Shown: positions 48,321-61,161 of the stretch, one piece after another | How the letters are laid out: each line of letters starts with the position of its first letter | Position numbering within the stretch: position 1 is the stretch's first letter | Source of the DNA: Trichodelitschia bisporula | Lineage: Eukaryota | Direction: 5' to 3' | DNA: 64,000 bases | Assembly: GCA_010356995.1 (NCBI GenBank) | Contig: ML996687.1 | Coordinates: 1,861,803 to 1,925,802, forward strand | The notes under the pieces: model-generated | What the model saw: only the letters and a program-made list of their open reading frames with translations | Databases searched by the model: none | What the model was told of the DNA's origin: nothing | Translations under genes and position numbers: made by a program

Positions 48321-48697
48321 GGATAGCCATGTCGTACATGACGGTACATACGCAACGGCCCCACAACCAAGTTTTCTTGGTTGAAGACATGGATACCATC
48401 CGTCTTCTTGAGCAGAGGGCGAAGCACCTCAACCTACGACAAGCACTCGTAGACAGACACACCACACCAGCCATTCAAACGAATGCGTAATGAGATATGA
48501 TCCTATACAATACCATACCGCCATACCATACACGTACAATGCTACCCACCCACCACCGCATCAGAAATACAACGCAAGCCAGCCTCAACTGTCCGGGCCA
48601 GTACAAACAACGCACAAAGCAAAGCAATACCCCTTCCTATCCCCCTTCCCCACCCCTACCCCTTATGAACACACCTCCCCCTCCTTTTTCCCCACCA

Positions 48698-49816
48698 TTA
48701 ATACCTCCCCGCCCCCCTCCCATCCGCCCCACTCTCAAACAAATCCTCCAAATTCGCACTCGGCGCCCGCCCGCCCCCAACCACCCCCCCAGGAACATCC
48801 AAGTTCAACCTCAAACTGCTACTACTAGGCTGAGCATACAACCCACTCCCCGCCGTCCCCAACCTCTCATACCCACCCCCGCGACTCCCGAACGCCCCCC
48901 CACTAGCAGGTCTCACAACGGGAGAACCCGGCGGACTGGGCCCGAAATTGCGTTGCGGGGCATAGCCGTTCCTTGCCGGGCCAAGCGGGTTGAGGCTGGA
49001 TAGTGGAGTGCCGGGGCTAGAGCCGAGATGCACCATACTCGCGCCCGCCGCCGGGGTGCCCGTGGCGGGGCTGGCGTAGTACCCAGCGGGCATGAGCGTG
49101 GACGCGCGGTTCGGGGTCCCCGCGCCAGCCGTGGGCGAAAAGAACAAGTTACTCGATCTCGGCGCGCCGCTCGCGGAGCTCGGGCTCGGGGCATGATGCT
49201 TGCTCACACGCGCGGGCTTGTGCGCGGGCCCACCACCGAGCCGATCAAGCGACATATTGGACCCGGGGGGCGCAGCGGCGTAGGGGTGCGAACGCGATTT
49301 CTTAACTTCCGGGTAGGTGGTGTCGTCGGCGCGGCGGACGGAGCGGTGGAGTTGCCAGGCGACGATGCCGCGCCAGAGGAAGACGGCGAAGGCGAGGGCG
49401 CCGAGGACGGAGCCTACGGCTATGAAGACGGTGCCTTCTGGGAGGGAGGATTTTTGCATGAAGGGCGCGCCTGCGGTCCATGGGACGACGGCGGTGGGGA
49501 TGCCGTACCCTGCGATCGTGGGGAGGCCGGTGAGTTGGAAAACTGAACCGGTGGTTGTGGCGGCGCTGTCGGAGGAGTCGGCGGAGGAGTCGGTTGCGCT
49601 GCTGAGGTCGGGGAGGTTGGAGAGGGCGGTGGTTTTTGCGTCGGTGGGTTTGTCCGTGGTTTTGGTGTCTGTTGCTTGGGACGCTGGTGTTGTCACGGTT
49701 GGCTTGGAGTCTGCGGTTGTTGTGGCATCGGTTGCGGCGGCGCGGTTCGTGCTCGCGGCGTTGTTTTGCGCGAGGGCGGCGGCTGCGAAGAGCAGCACGG
49801 GGAGGATGAGGCGCAT
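48698..49816 (-). CDS. Type I membrane protein with Ser/Thr-rich ectodomain (CSI2/PRM5-like)
   Basis: Signal peptide, Thr-rich region, 'APFMQKSSLPEGTVFIAVGSVLG' TM segment and C-terminal 'RAPSANLEDLF'. Confidence 0.85.
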   Translation of the reverse strand: MRLILPVLLFAAAALAQNNAASTNRAAATDATTTADSKPTVTTPASQATDTKTTDKPTDAKTTALSNLPDLSSATDSSADSSDSAATTTGSVFQLTGLPTIAGYGIPTAVVPWTAGAPFMQKSSLPEGTVFIAVGSVLGALAFAVFLWRGIVAWQLHRSVRRADDTTYPEVKKSRSHPYAAAPPGSNMSLDRLGGGPAHKPARVSKHHAPSPSSASGAPRSSNLFFSPTAGAGTPNRASTLMPAGYYASPATGTPAAGASMVHLGSSPGTPLSSLNPLGPARNGYAPQRNFGPSPPGSPVVRPASGGAFGSRGGGYERLGTAGSGLYAQPSSSSLRLNLDVPGGVVGGGRAPSANLEDLFESGADGRGAGRY

Positions 49817-50991
49817 TGTTGCGGGAGTAGGAATGCGGTGGTTATGGGTGGGATGTAGTGTGCGCGGTTAGGTGGGATTGTAGCGATGTGCGGCAGTTTG
49901 TCTGTGGGCCGCCGATTGCTGAAGAAGATGATGCGCCGGGTGCACAGCCGCGAGAGTCTACCGAGTGTGAGTATCGCGCTGAGGTGAATCGCCGTCGCCT
50001 CGAAGCCCACACTTGTCTCTGGCCACCTCGGCCTTCAGACAAAGGACGTCCTGAGACGCAGTCCTGCTTCCCCTAGGGGATGCCCCTCGGTCGCAGGGGG
50101 CGCAGCGGAAGGTTTGAGTTGAAGCGATCGATATATAATGATAGTATAGGTAGTACAAGCAAGCAGTAAAGGTGCATAGGCGAGATGTTGTGTGCGGTGG
50201 ATGTCAGTTGTCGTCTGGGGATTGAGGGGGAGATGAGTATGTTGATGCTGTGTTGCCGTTGTGTCCTGGCACGCTGCAGGGAGTTGAGTGTTGCACCATG
50301 GCTGAGCCCCCCTCGTTTCTGCGCCACAAAGGGTGGTGATTGGATGCATGCGGTGCGACGGGACAAAAATATCCATACGCCAGACTTTAAGAGCCTCATC
50401 TTGAACATATGCACCTCTTGACTGTCTTTGCTGTTCCCGCATATTTGCAGCTGCAATGCCGTGCATCAGGAAGACTGGAGAATCTACGGCGCCAAAAGGG
50501 GCGCATTGTGCTTCTCGGAGCTGTTACCAGTCAACGAGATCTCTGGCGCTAACAAATGGACAAGCAGAGCGAGAGAATCATATTCTCACCGTACGGCTGA
50601 TGGAAACACCAAGTATTAGGAGCGATAGACAGCTCGATTTCACGGTGGTGGTTTGCTGCTAAGGCAGCGTTTACCCTGCTGTGCCTGCGAAATTCGTCAC
50701 CAAGGCAACATACAGTACCATGATGCAGAAGACAGTCTGAACGACGACCAGCATTTAGAAGCCATTATTCAGTGTCCCTACCGAGACAACACACCATGAT
50801 GCGGAAGACACTCCGAAATGATGTCTATCAGTCAAAAAGCTAATACTACAGCGCCTTCTCATTCCATGCCAACACCAGCTTGCCTTCAAATAGCAGAAAA
50901 AACACTCTCGAGCCATCAAGAGACCATGATTCCCCAGCTCCACAGATTGTACTTGCACACTTCCAACGCCCTACCCATACCATAATCCGAT

Positions 50992-53303
50992 CTACGTCCC
51001 ATCCAGCCCACGAAGCAGGCTCGCCACTCCCCCCGCAACCAACGCACTCACAACCGCACTCTTCCGCCTCTTGGTCCCCGAGCCAGACCTCCGCCTTGCC
51101 TCCCTCTCCGCCTCCATATCCCACTCCGACTCATCCCCATCATCAGAATCATCGTCCCGTCTTCCCCTACTCCTATCCCTCCTCTCCCTCTCCCTCCTCC
51201 CCTCCCTTTCCACCCTCTCCCTCTCCCTCGCAACCTCCTTCTGCCTCTCCGTCCACACCGCCCTAACCTCACTCCACTCCAACCCCCTCTCCCTAACCAC
51301 ATAAAAGTGCACCAACTGCGTCCGGCCCCCAACATTAACCTCCTTCCGCACCTTATCAAACTTATAATCAAACCGGTCCAGCGCCCGACTACTCGCGAAC
51401 TCAGCGCTGAGCTCAGTGACCGTACTCCGACTATCCATCACCGCATGGCTCGGCATCTCCCCCGGCCCCGCATTCGTGTACACCAGCCGCCCGGACACGA
51501 AATCCCAAACCGTCCCCCCGTGCACGATGCGGTACTTGATCGCCGGACCCGGCCTACTGCCTTCCCACGGGTTGCCGCTCATCACCGGACCAGGCCTGGC
51601 CTCCCGCGGACTGCTGCTCAACTGTGCCGGCTGTCCATACCCGGGATAAGACTGTCCGTGTCCGACCGACAATCCACTCACATTCGAATCGCTCCTCCTT
51701 GGATCCCTCACCGGCCCCCCCATCGGCGACGCCGCCATCGGACTCGCAGGCACACTCCGCGCCGTCGGGCTATTAACAGACTCCTGCCGACCCGTCAGCG
51801 GCAAAACCCGCCCCCCCTTCGGCCCGGCGCTCAGCCTGCGCTCCGACGGCGAAGTCGGGGTCGGTATACCATCGCCCCGCGGCAGCGATCCGGACATCGA
51901 CTCGTGCCGCGCTAGGGGCGGTGCGCCGTACCCGCCGGGCGGCGTACTGTATCCTCCAGGCGGTGACCCGAACCCGAAGCCGCTGCCGATGCCGGAGAGG
52001 AACCCGTCCTCATTGGGTGATGTGGGTTGGGGGATGTAGCGTCCCTGCTGCGGGGAGAGTTTCACGGCCTCTGGGCCCGGGCCTACAGGGGCGGTTTGGT
52101 AGCGTTGCAGGGGCGGGTGTTGAGCCGGCCGGGCCGCGGCTTCAGGCGAGGGAATGGCGGACCCGGTGGACGCGGGCGCGGGGCGCTCGGCCTCGGAGTC
52201 TACGTCTGATTCGACGGAGGCTTGGTGCGAGGGGCGGCGGGGGGGGGATGGGGACTCGGGGGGGGAGCGCCGCGAGGAGGTATTGGATTGTGGGCGGGAG
52301 GTGCGTCGGGAGAGGTGGATTAGTTCGGCGGGGACGAAGACGGGGGAGAGGGAGGCTTGGGGGGCGAAGGCCGGGGGGGGAGGGAAGAGGGGTGGTCCGG
52401 GGTCGATTGTGAGGGTGAGGGTAGGCGCGGGGGGGGAGCTGGGCTCGATTGCGAGGCGTGAGGTTGTGTCTGGTGCTTGGCCTGCCCAGCGTGCGAGTAG
52501 GTCTTCGGCGTAGGAGGGGATGGCGGCGTGGACGTAGTGCAGGTACTCGGCGTCGAGGGGGGTGGACTGCGAGGCTTCGAGGGCGGGCGCGACGAAGAGG
52601 GATAGTTGTTCTGGTATTACGGGATTTTGAACGGGAGGATTGCGGTGCTTGGCTGGGATTGCGGTTGTTGAAGCTGTTTGCTCGATGGTGCGGTGCAGCT
52701 TGCGGGCGTGGAAGAGGGCGAGTTGCTGGCCTGTGAGGAGGGCGCGGAGACTTAGGCGCTCGGAGGTGACGGCTGAGAGAGACTGTGATGTGCCGGCGTT
52801 CCTGCTGAGTGTTAGCGGATTGGATTGGTAAGTGGTGGCGAGGATGATGCTCACCGGGACCACGTGGTTATCTTCGCGGTGTGGATTGTGTGTTCGAGGA
52901 CGGTGAGCGTCAGACGCTCTGCGTCTAGGAGCCCTTTGATGTACAGGCCCGTCGCCTTTGACACGGCGTTCCAGTGGAGCTGCTCGCGGATGGCGTCGCC
53001 ATTGGTGCCGTTGTCGAAAAGCCGCACGGGAACGAGCAGCTCGAGCTCAGCGTAGGTCCGTTCGATCAAGGTAAGGAGGTTGCCGAGCGCGTTACGTGCT
53101 TCTCCCGTAGCCAGCTTCCCCGCTTCCGCAGAGAATACAGAGGCAACTTGACGTAGCACCGGCGCCATTTGCACAATCGCTTCAGCAACAGCCGTGATAT
53201 CACCACCACCGCTCGAGATAGCAGCGCAGAACTGATACAAGCGCGACGAAAGCGAAGCCGACCGGCTCGCAACGCCGAGGACGTCAGCGATGAGTGGATC
53301 CAT
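50992..53303 (-). CDS. Hypothetical protein with fungal N-terminal helical (STAND-N/HeLo-like) domain and Pro/Ser-rich middle; intron 52805-52854
   Basis: Starts 'MDPLIADVLGVASRSASLSSRLYQF..DITAVAEAI'. A GTGAGC..CTAAC..CAG intron joins ORF 52851-53339 to ORF 50992-52863 in frame. Confidence 0.75.
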
Positions 53304-56055
53304 CGCAGGATGTCGCACAGTGTTGGGTGTGACTTTCATGCGCTGACGATGGCAAGAAGAGGAAGTTTGATCGCGATCTGCGAGTCCATGTCTTTATGTC
53401 CCCGCACAGCCTCGCACCCTGCCCAAGCCTCACGACTGGGTGCGAAGGGCGCGGCTGGTGAATAATCGCCCGCATATGCACGAAATCCATCAGGCAGACT
53501 TGCGTCCCGCGATGCCCGACACGCCCCTTCACCTTTGACCGCCCCAGGGGGGCGAACAACACGTCTCCGTCCCGTTGGCCAACGCACGATGCTTTGCTGG
53601 CATGCACTGCGCGGACTCAGGGCTGTATATGGGCTGTATATAAGGGCGAATGCTTCAGCAGCTATGATTCACAGCGTGTTGACTGCCAACTCATCCGCCG
53701 CAGCGCCCGAAGCGACGAATGCGCTGGGTTCAGCAGAGGGTGCCGCCCTCAGCTGCTTGACACCGGCTCTTCTGCCATGACTGCATCAAAACGGCTCTTT
53801 TACCCGTCAAGTGCGATCGGAGCCTAACATCCGCCGCGTGCATCGTGAGGCATCGTTGACCGGGCGGCGGATGGATAGCGGCCTGTCGTACGGTATACAT
53901 TTACGACCAAGGGATGGTAGGAGGCGCTGATTGGGGCGCAGTTCGCATGGTGGTCAGATGTCGCGAACTTCGACTCCGCCACTCGCCATCCGCACTGCAG
54001 GAATACTCTAGCGCTATGTCCTCGTGAATAGGCAAGGCGAACGGTTCAGAGTTCTTTGAAGACGTCTTGCTTACGCAGTACAGTTTCTAGGCACCGTAGT
54101 GGCGAGGATAGGGCGGATTGGCACGAGGATGAAGCAGAGCACCATCCCTGCGATGACATTCTGGAGACATACCGGTACAAACTACTGTACCGACCATAGA
54201 CGACCGTTTCATTACGCACGCAGCTCAGGTTCCCACGCCCTCGACCCTCCATCCTACGTTGCGTACGCCCCACTGCCTCCACGATCGACCCCAGCCCAGC
54301 CGGTGACTAGCTTCTGGAAAGCGGAGAAGCCCTTGGCAAGCCGAATACGGATCGGCAAGAAGGGATTTGTGGAGGGGTGGGATCACGTTCACCATCCCAA
54401 CCTCAGCTCAAACATCAAAACCTGAGTCCGCAGTGGAACCTCAAGGCTGTTTTCGGGCCTCAGATTGGCTCACCAGGCTGAGGAGCAACAACGAAACTTC
54501 CATTCCCGCCATGTTGGGCATTGGCAGGGAAGCAGCAGCACACACCTATGACGCCCCGCCGCGCTCTCTACGGCCCGCAGCGCGGGGTACTGGCCGAGTG
54601 GACTGCTGATCGCGGTCTCAGCCTTGTCGACGGGGCGAGTGGCGAGGAAGCGCTGCTGTGCCACGGTCTCCCCTCTCCACTCTCCCTCCGCTTCTCGTCC
54701 GCACCCGCGGAGGCGGAACGCATAGATGCGGGAGACTTGAGCCGCATTACTTACCCCTCCGATCATCATTCTTGGTCAGACGACGATACAATAACCATGT
54801 GGTCGAGCGGGCGACCGGTCAGGCTGCGATCGCGAGCTCGCGAAAACTTGCTGTACATACAAGAAAGCCCCGCCGCCGCGAGCTGCGATCATGTTCCCTT
54901 TTCGCTCGCCGATCTGGCCGGGTTGTTGCTGCTTGTAGCCTGCGTATGCGGGTGTGAGGCAGGTTTGATGGTCTGGCAGCGTGGGGTGGCGTGGGGGTAG
55001 CGCCGGCGGGGAGCTTTGCGCTGGAGATAAGTTGGAGTGGCTAGCAGCCTTGTGCGGGCTGGGCGAGCTCGGTGAAGAGTGACGTGGACGAGAGTTAAAG
55101 ATGGCAGCGGCTGCGCTTGGGTATTGAGAGGTTCCAAGGCTCGCGAGATCCCCGTTCCCAGATGTGGGTTTCGGTGTCGATGTGTCTTTGCGCTGGTTAT
55201 CGTTCTCATGATTAAAAGCCTCTGCTGACTCATACTGTGCAGCCTTGAGACGTCCCTTTCACATGTCTTATGTTAATTCCGGGAGCCTTATGAGTCTCAT
55301 GGTGGGGTTGAGAGCTGAGCTACCGCACCCGGATGGTGGCTCTCATGCGTAGCTATCGCTCCTTTTGGGCCATGGAGTAACACTGAAAGCGTAGCGTCTG
55401 ACAGCTTCTGTTGACAGACAGTTCCGTTCGGATACAGCCTGACGACTTCTTCTTCACATGCTTTGCGTTAACTCTGGAAGTCGAGCTGGTCTCATATGGG
55501 AGTTGAGAGGTGGGTTACCGCGCTCGGATGGCGTGCCTGCTGTTTCCATGTCAGCTTTTGTGGCCTTGGAACAACGTTGAGAGCACGGCGTCTGAGGACG
55601 TAAGGTGCTTTTTCTGGATGAGGGTTTCTGGGCCATGCGTTCTGGATCCTTTGCTAATAGCCTCGCAACCTCTCCTTCACACGCTCCTTTTTAACTCTAG
55701 ACGCCATGTTGGTCTCGTCCGTCAGCTGGGAGCTGATTTACCGCGCTCGTGTGGTGTGTCTGAGGTGTAGATATCGTATCCTTGCTGCCTCGGAGCAAAG
55801 CTGAGAGTACGGCATCTGAGGCTGTGAGATCTCTCTCCCGGATGGAGTTTTCTGGTTTACACGTTTTGATTCTTGTTCGCTCTTTGACATGCTCTGCTAA
55901 CTGCCGTGTCGCGCGCAGATAAATCCTCCCTTCCCGCTCCCTCGCTCCTTCCCTCCCTCCACCCCCCCGGATCATCATCTTTTCCTCCGGCCGACTCCAC
56001 CCAATTCCGCCGCCCAAAGCTTCAGAATGCGCAGTTCGACGTCATCAAAGCATTT

Positions 56056-56173
56056 GGCTCAATGGTCTAGAGGTATGATTCTCGCTTCGGGCCTTCAAAA
56101 CTCCCCCCAGTTGACCTGGGCTTCCCGAAAGGGAAATTGCGAGAGGTCCCGCGTTCGACTCGCGGTTGAGCCC
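56056..56173 (+). tRNA. tRNA-Pro(CGG) with 46-nt intron (56092-56137)
   Basis: GGCTCAA TG GTCTAGAGGTATGAT T CTCGC TT CGG G [intron] T GCGAG AGGTC CCGCG TTCGACT CGCGG TTGAGCC C, followed by a T8 terminator. Confidence 0.94.
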
Positions 56174-56599
56174 TTTTTTTTGCTAGATACCTTTTCACTT
56201 CGAGTCTTGGGCCTTGGTGAGAGGCTGTCAGAGACTATGTAGCGGTAGCTGTGCAGTGCAAGTGGCTTATGGCCGGTTCCTACGATGGATTGGATGAAGT
56301 GCTGCTGCTTCAGTGCTTCACGGAGTTTACAGCAACCATCAAGGGCGTGGCAAGTGCTGGCTTGGGATCATCTCCAACCCCCGAATCCCGTGTAACTTCG
56401 CCCTTGAACCGCCTCACCCTCCCATCCTCTATCCTGATGTAGACACGAGGCAGGAGCGTTGTTATGTCAGAAAGGAGCGTTGGAGGATACCTGGCATCAT
56501 CGTGTATTTAGTCTCGAGCTCCTCTCTTCCTCTCTTCATCTTAATCTCAATCTTCACTTTACACAGTCGCCTGTTACACTTCTCAAGCCTTGCTTCCAT

Positions 56600-56842
56600 T
56601 AGTGAGCTACACCGAATGTGGGCACTGTCGGTGACCTTCCATACCGTTACAGTTGATTTTGTTACAGGACCCACCGGTTGGAGGGGAAACGCTCGCGTTT
56701 ATGTCAACGACAGACAAGTACTCAGAGTTGTCGAATCATGCGTTCAAGATATTTCTCTCCTTGAGGCTCCCTCACCCAGGTGGGATGAGGTCGGCAAGCA
56801 TGACTTTGCGCACCCATCCTCGATCACGTCTGACGATTAAAG
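56600..56842 (+). mobile_element. Degenerate Ty3/gypsy integrase (rve core) relic
   Basis: 'TFHTVTVDFVTGP', then (frameshifted) 'FMSTTDKYS', then 'HPSSITSDD'. These match the order of gypsy integrase motifs PFxxIxxDFIxxLP / vvDxFSK / PxxIvSDxd. Confidence 0.65.
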
Positions 56843-56902
56843 TACGGGTGAGCACCCTTCACGCTCATATTGTACGCCCGTCGCTCGTCCCGATCCCCCT
56901 CC

Positions 56903-58904
56903 TCAGGGCACAATACTCGAAGCCACCGCTCCCCCAGCGGGCACACCCTTAACAGCCTTCGTCGCGCCCGCCCAAACATCGACCCAAAACCCGCACTCCT
57001 CTTTACTAACCACCGGGTCGCTCCCCACCGCAAACCCCTTATTCCCCGCCTCCAGCACATTGGTCATCTTCTCTCCCACTGTCACAACCGGCCACTCCGG
57101 GCTCCCCGCCTGGCGCAGCTTATTCGGATCCCCCGTCCTCGCATGGCTAAGCAAGTAATCCTGGTACTTGGGCGCAAACTCCATGAACCCCGGATCATCC
57201 CTCGGCGCCGGCTTCGAGCTGTTGAAAAAATCCGCCTTGATATCCATCCCATGTTTCCCGCTTCCTCGCCCATACACCGCAACATAAGTCTTCGCCTTCC
57301 CGGCGTACGCAGCCGCCAGCGTCCACGCATGGCACGCGAAGAAACCAGCTTGCATCACGGCCTGCATCCGCGCGACCTGGTCTGCATACGGACTTCCGGG
57401 CCCAGGGGGCGGGTAGCGCTTCTCGACGGCGGCGGGGATGGGGCTTCTACGCCCATATGTTTCATCCAGTGTGGAGCGGAAGAACGTGGTGTTTGTTTTT
57501 ATGGTGCTGGGGACGAAAGCGGACGCTTCGTCGCTGACGTGCGTGATGATGAGACTGGTGAGCGGGACGTGGTTCCCGGAGGCGAGTTCCAGGTCAGGGA
57601 GTTGGCGGATGAGGGTGCTGTCGACGGCGGGGCTGGGTGGGTCAGTTGGGTGTTTAAGGGGAGGGAAGGGGGGGGGGGGGCGCACCCGAAGCCGAATTGC
57701 CCGACCGGTGCCTCAGCAATGATTTTATCGGCTGCGGCCCGCAGCGCGGTAACATCCTTCGCGCGGAGACACGCGAGGCCCTGCCCCTTACACCCGGCCA
57801 GGTCTTCAAAGCGCCTATACTGCTCCTCGAGCGCGCCATCGATATCAGGCTGGGGATTATTAGCCGGGGACTGGATGACCGCCTTGTTGAACAGCGGCTT
57901 CTCCTTCCCGCCGAAGGCGACCAGGTGATGTAGGATGGACCCGGCGCCCGCTGACTCGCCCCACAGGGAGACGTTGCTGCTGTCGCCGTTGACGAGGTGG
58001 ATGTGCTGCTGGATCCACTGCAGCACGGCGCGCTGGTCCCAGAAGCCTGCGTTCGGGGTCCCGCCGCTCTTCGCGACGGTGCGCCCGCCTAGGAAGCCGA
58101 AGGCGCCGAGCTGGGTTGTCAGCCATGCGCACACGCTCCGCCAGGAGTGACAACATACCCGGTAATTCCCAACCACATACACCACACTCCCATTGCTCTG
58201 CCTCACCAACGGATTCCCATCATACATCCCATCCTTACTCCCCACAATATACGCCCCCCCATAAATCCAATTCACAACTGGGACCTTCTCCTTCCCCCTT
58301 AACACCTTCCCGGGCACCACAACATCCAGAAACAAACAATCCTCACTACTTGCCGCCCCGCCCATCGCTTTCCCCAGATCCGTCTTCGCGACCTGACCCA
58401 TGACGAACTGCGTTAGGGCCGGACTACCTTGCAACAACCCGCCCACAAGCGGCAACGCCGCGCCCATCAGGCTTTCGAGAAATCCCCCGTCGCCGCTGCT
58501 GGCTAACCCGCCCAGACCTCCCGTCAGCGCGACGGTGAGCATGGAGGCGGGCATGGACTGGAAACATGTCCCCCCGGCGTCGCCTTTTTGGATGGTGGTG
58601 CTATTGGGTGGAGGGGCGGGTTTGGCCCAGCGGAGGGGCCCGACGGGCGGGGCGGCGTAGCGGATGTTGCGGAAGGTGTAGATCTACGTGGGTTAGCGGG
58701 GTGGTGGGTTATTGGGGGAGGACGCGCATCATCCTTCACCCTATACTCCGCAGCCTGATATGTCGCATACGGCAACTTGAGCAGCGGGAGGTTCGCCTGG
58801 CGCGCCTCATGGGTGTGGTATTCCAGGCCGTGCTCGTCCACGACTGGCGAGCCAGTGGCGAGGCTGAGGCTCGCAGCCAGCAGGAGCGCGGAAAGTAGCG
58901 TCAT
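56903..58904 (-). CDS. Secreted type-B carboxylesterase/lipase; introns ~58685-58727, 58111-58158, 57633-57685
   Basis: Signal peptide, 'NIRYAAPPVGPLRW', 'SEDCLFLDV', 'WIYGGAY', catalytic 'GESAGAG', and candidate catalytic Glu ('SDEA') and His ('HGMD'). Confidence 0.92.
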
Positions 58905-59853
58905 CGTGGACGCTGGGGTGGCCGATGCTGGGGTGCAGGATACCTAATTCTCGGGGCGGAAGGAGTTTTATGAGTTGGGCTTGTGTGAGGTGAAAGTACC
59001 GGCTTGGATACCGAGAGGGTGAGGGCGGGTTTCAGGTTTATGCTACGTTTATTCTGATGGGCGGCGGTTTGCTAAAAAGGGCTGCTGTTGGAGCACGGGA
59101 ACGGATGTATGCTGGGGACCCGGGGAAGGCGGGGCGGGGTAATATCTTGTAGGCCGGTTCATTTCGCGAATATAGATAGGTAGAGGCAGATGCTGCGGGA
59201 TATGGGTAGCTTGCTGGCATGTGGAAATAGGGATTGAAGATTTTACGTTGTAGCTGTTTGGCTGATGGGCTGCTGTGACGGGCGGAAGATCGTCGTGGCA
59301 TCAGGGCGATGCGGTGCCTGGTGGAGGATTTCCATGTTCAGCCCTAGAATAGGGTTGGTGTTCGTGTTCGAAGTTGAATTAAAGGCGCTGATATAGGGTG
59401 GAGGAAGGTTGTTCCGGGGTACGAGTAAGGGATGCATTTGGGAGGATCTTGACGTCATACATCTTCATGTCCACTGTTCTTTGAAGTCGGCATGTACGAA
59501 GATGTTTAAGGACGGCAAGGGGCGGTGGGGTAAGGCTGAGCGTTGCGATAGGCGTTAATCCTAACTGGAAGCATGTAGCAACTACTCCATATTCATGTTA
59601 ACAAAGCCTACTAGAAATGCCGCGAAATGTACAAACACCAGACCATGGACGAAATCACCTGCTCTGTCGGACCACGAGTGTACCTACAAATCGCCCGCCA
59701 GTCCACTCCGATCTCCATTCTCCCGCGCGAGCCACCCGTCGAATCGTGCCAACATCTCCTATCCCCACCAAGCCGTCAGATCCTTAGCAAAAAACATACA
59801 ACAATCACGATTTCTACAATCCAACTCCAGCCGCTCTTTGGATCCCGTTTCCA

Positions 59854-60867
59854 ATGGATTCCGATATCCCGCTATATCCCTCTCCTCCGCCCCCAGACAA
59901 ACGGACCCCAACGCCATCGCCTCGAAAGAAGCGTACCACGGGCCAACGCTCTGTCTATTTCCCTTTGGAACGCCCCTTACCTGGCACCATTTCAATCATC
60001 TCCGTCCCCCCGCTCACATCCCAAACCTTCGGTCTGATCCAAGAAGAACTCGCAACCGACCCTTTCGCTCTCCTCATTGCCTGCGTCTTGCTAAACAAGA
60101 CCCACGCATCCCGCGGCCTCCCGCTCTTCCGTTCGTTAATCGCGCACCACCCTACCCCCTCATCCCTCGCCAGCACCTCAGAAACCAGCCTCGCCCTCAC
60201 GCTCTCCGCCCTCGGCCTCCAGAATGCCCGTGCTCGCACCTTGATCGCCCTAGCGCAGGCATGGATTACCAACCCCCCGACGCGAGGGCGCAGGTATCGG
60301 ACGCTAGATTATCCGTATCGCGGGGCGGGGAGGGATATAGCCCCGGGGGAGGTGTTGGGTGATGAGGAGGAGGATGGGAGGGAGGGGGCGTGGGAGGTGG
60401 GGCATTTACCTGGCCTCGGGCCGTATGCGTGGGATAGCTGGCGGATGTTTTGTAGGGATCGGTTGAGGGGGGTTGGGGAGGGGGTTGAGGAAGAGTGGAA
60501 AAGGGTGAGGCCGGGGGATAAGGAACTTAAGGCTTTTGTTGGGTGGATGGGGGAGAAGGAGAAGGTACGCGAGGGGGAGAGGGCGAGGGCGGAGGAGGAG
60601 AGGGTACGAGAGGAGGAGAGGGTACGGGAGGAGAAAAGCTCACGGGTGGAGGAGAGTGTACGGGGGGAGGAGAACGTACGGGAGGAGGAGGGAGTACGGG
60701 AGGAGGAGAGGATACCGGAGGAGGAGAACGTACCGGAGGAGAGCTCACGGGAGGATGAGACGCTACAGGAGGAGAGGGCTGCTGTCTGTTGTTCGGGACA
60801 CGAAAACGATCAGGCTACGGGAATCACTGTAGAGAACAAAGTCCAGGAAGTTGTGGAAAAGGCGTAG
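59854..60867 (+). CDS. MBD4-like HhH-GPD DNA glycosylase with Glu-rich repeat tail
   Basis: Motifs 'FGLIQEELATDPFALLIACVLLNKT', 'LGLQNARA', 'LPGLGPYAWDSWRMFC', 'PGDKEL'. The true start could lie further upstream. Confidence 0.85.
   Translation: MDSDIPLYPSPPPPDKRTPTPSPRKKRTTGQRSVYFPLERPLPGTISIISVPPLTSQTFGLIQEELATDPFALLIACVLLNKTHASRGLPLFRSLIAHHPTPSSLASTSETSLALTLSALGLQNARARTLIALAQAWITNPPTRGRRYRTLDYPYRGAGRDIAPGEVLGDEEEDGREGAWEVGHLPGLGPYAWDSWRMFCRDRLRGVGEGVEEEWKRVRPGDKELKAFVGWMGEKEKVREGERARAEEERVREEERVREEKSSRVEESVRGEENVREEEGVREEERIPEEENVPEESSREDETLQEERAAVCCSGHENDQATGITVENKVQEVVEKA
60555..60778 (+). repeat. Coding 18-bp tandem repeat (about GAGGAGGAGAGGGTACGG, EEERVR), about 12 imperfect units
   Basis: Directly visible. 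Confidence 0.85.
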
Positions 60868-61161
60868 CATTAGCTTTAGAGAAAAAATTCCATCCGCGAA
60901 GACTGTCACCATGAATCAATGCCGGGCCGACCAGTTTACGGAAAGTTTTCTCTTTCCGTGCAGTAGGACTAGCGTACAACTTCCCTCTTGTCAAGACACT
61001 ATCCTCCGCACAAGTTGTTCAGTCAGACACCATCCCCCGCACAAGTCGTTCAACTAGACACATCCTCCGCACAAGCCATTCAATCACGCGCATCACAACC
61101 GTTCAGGCCTGGGCCCCGTCCCACCGCCATCCCTAGAGCCGAGGCCAACCGTGTCGTCAAA

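Noticed and set aside
56870..57928. 352-aa plus-strand ORF
   Set aside because: Antisense to the carboxylesterase, with no domain features.
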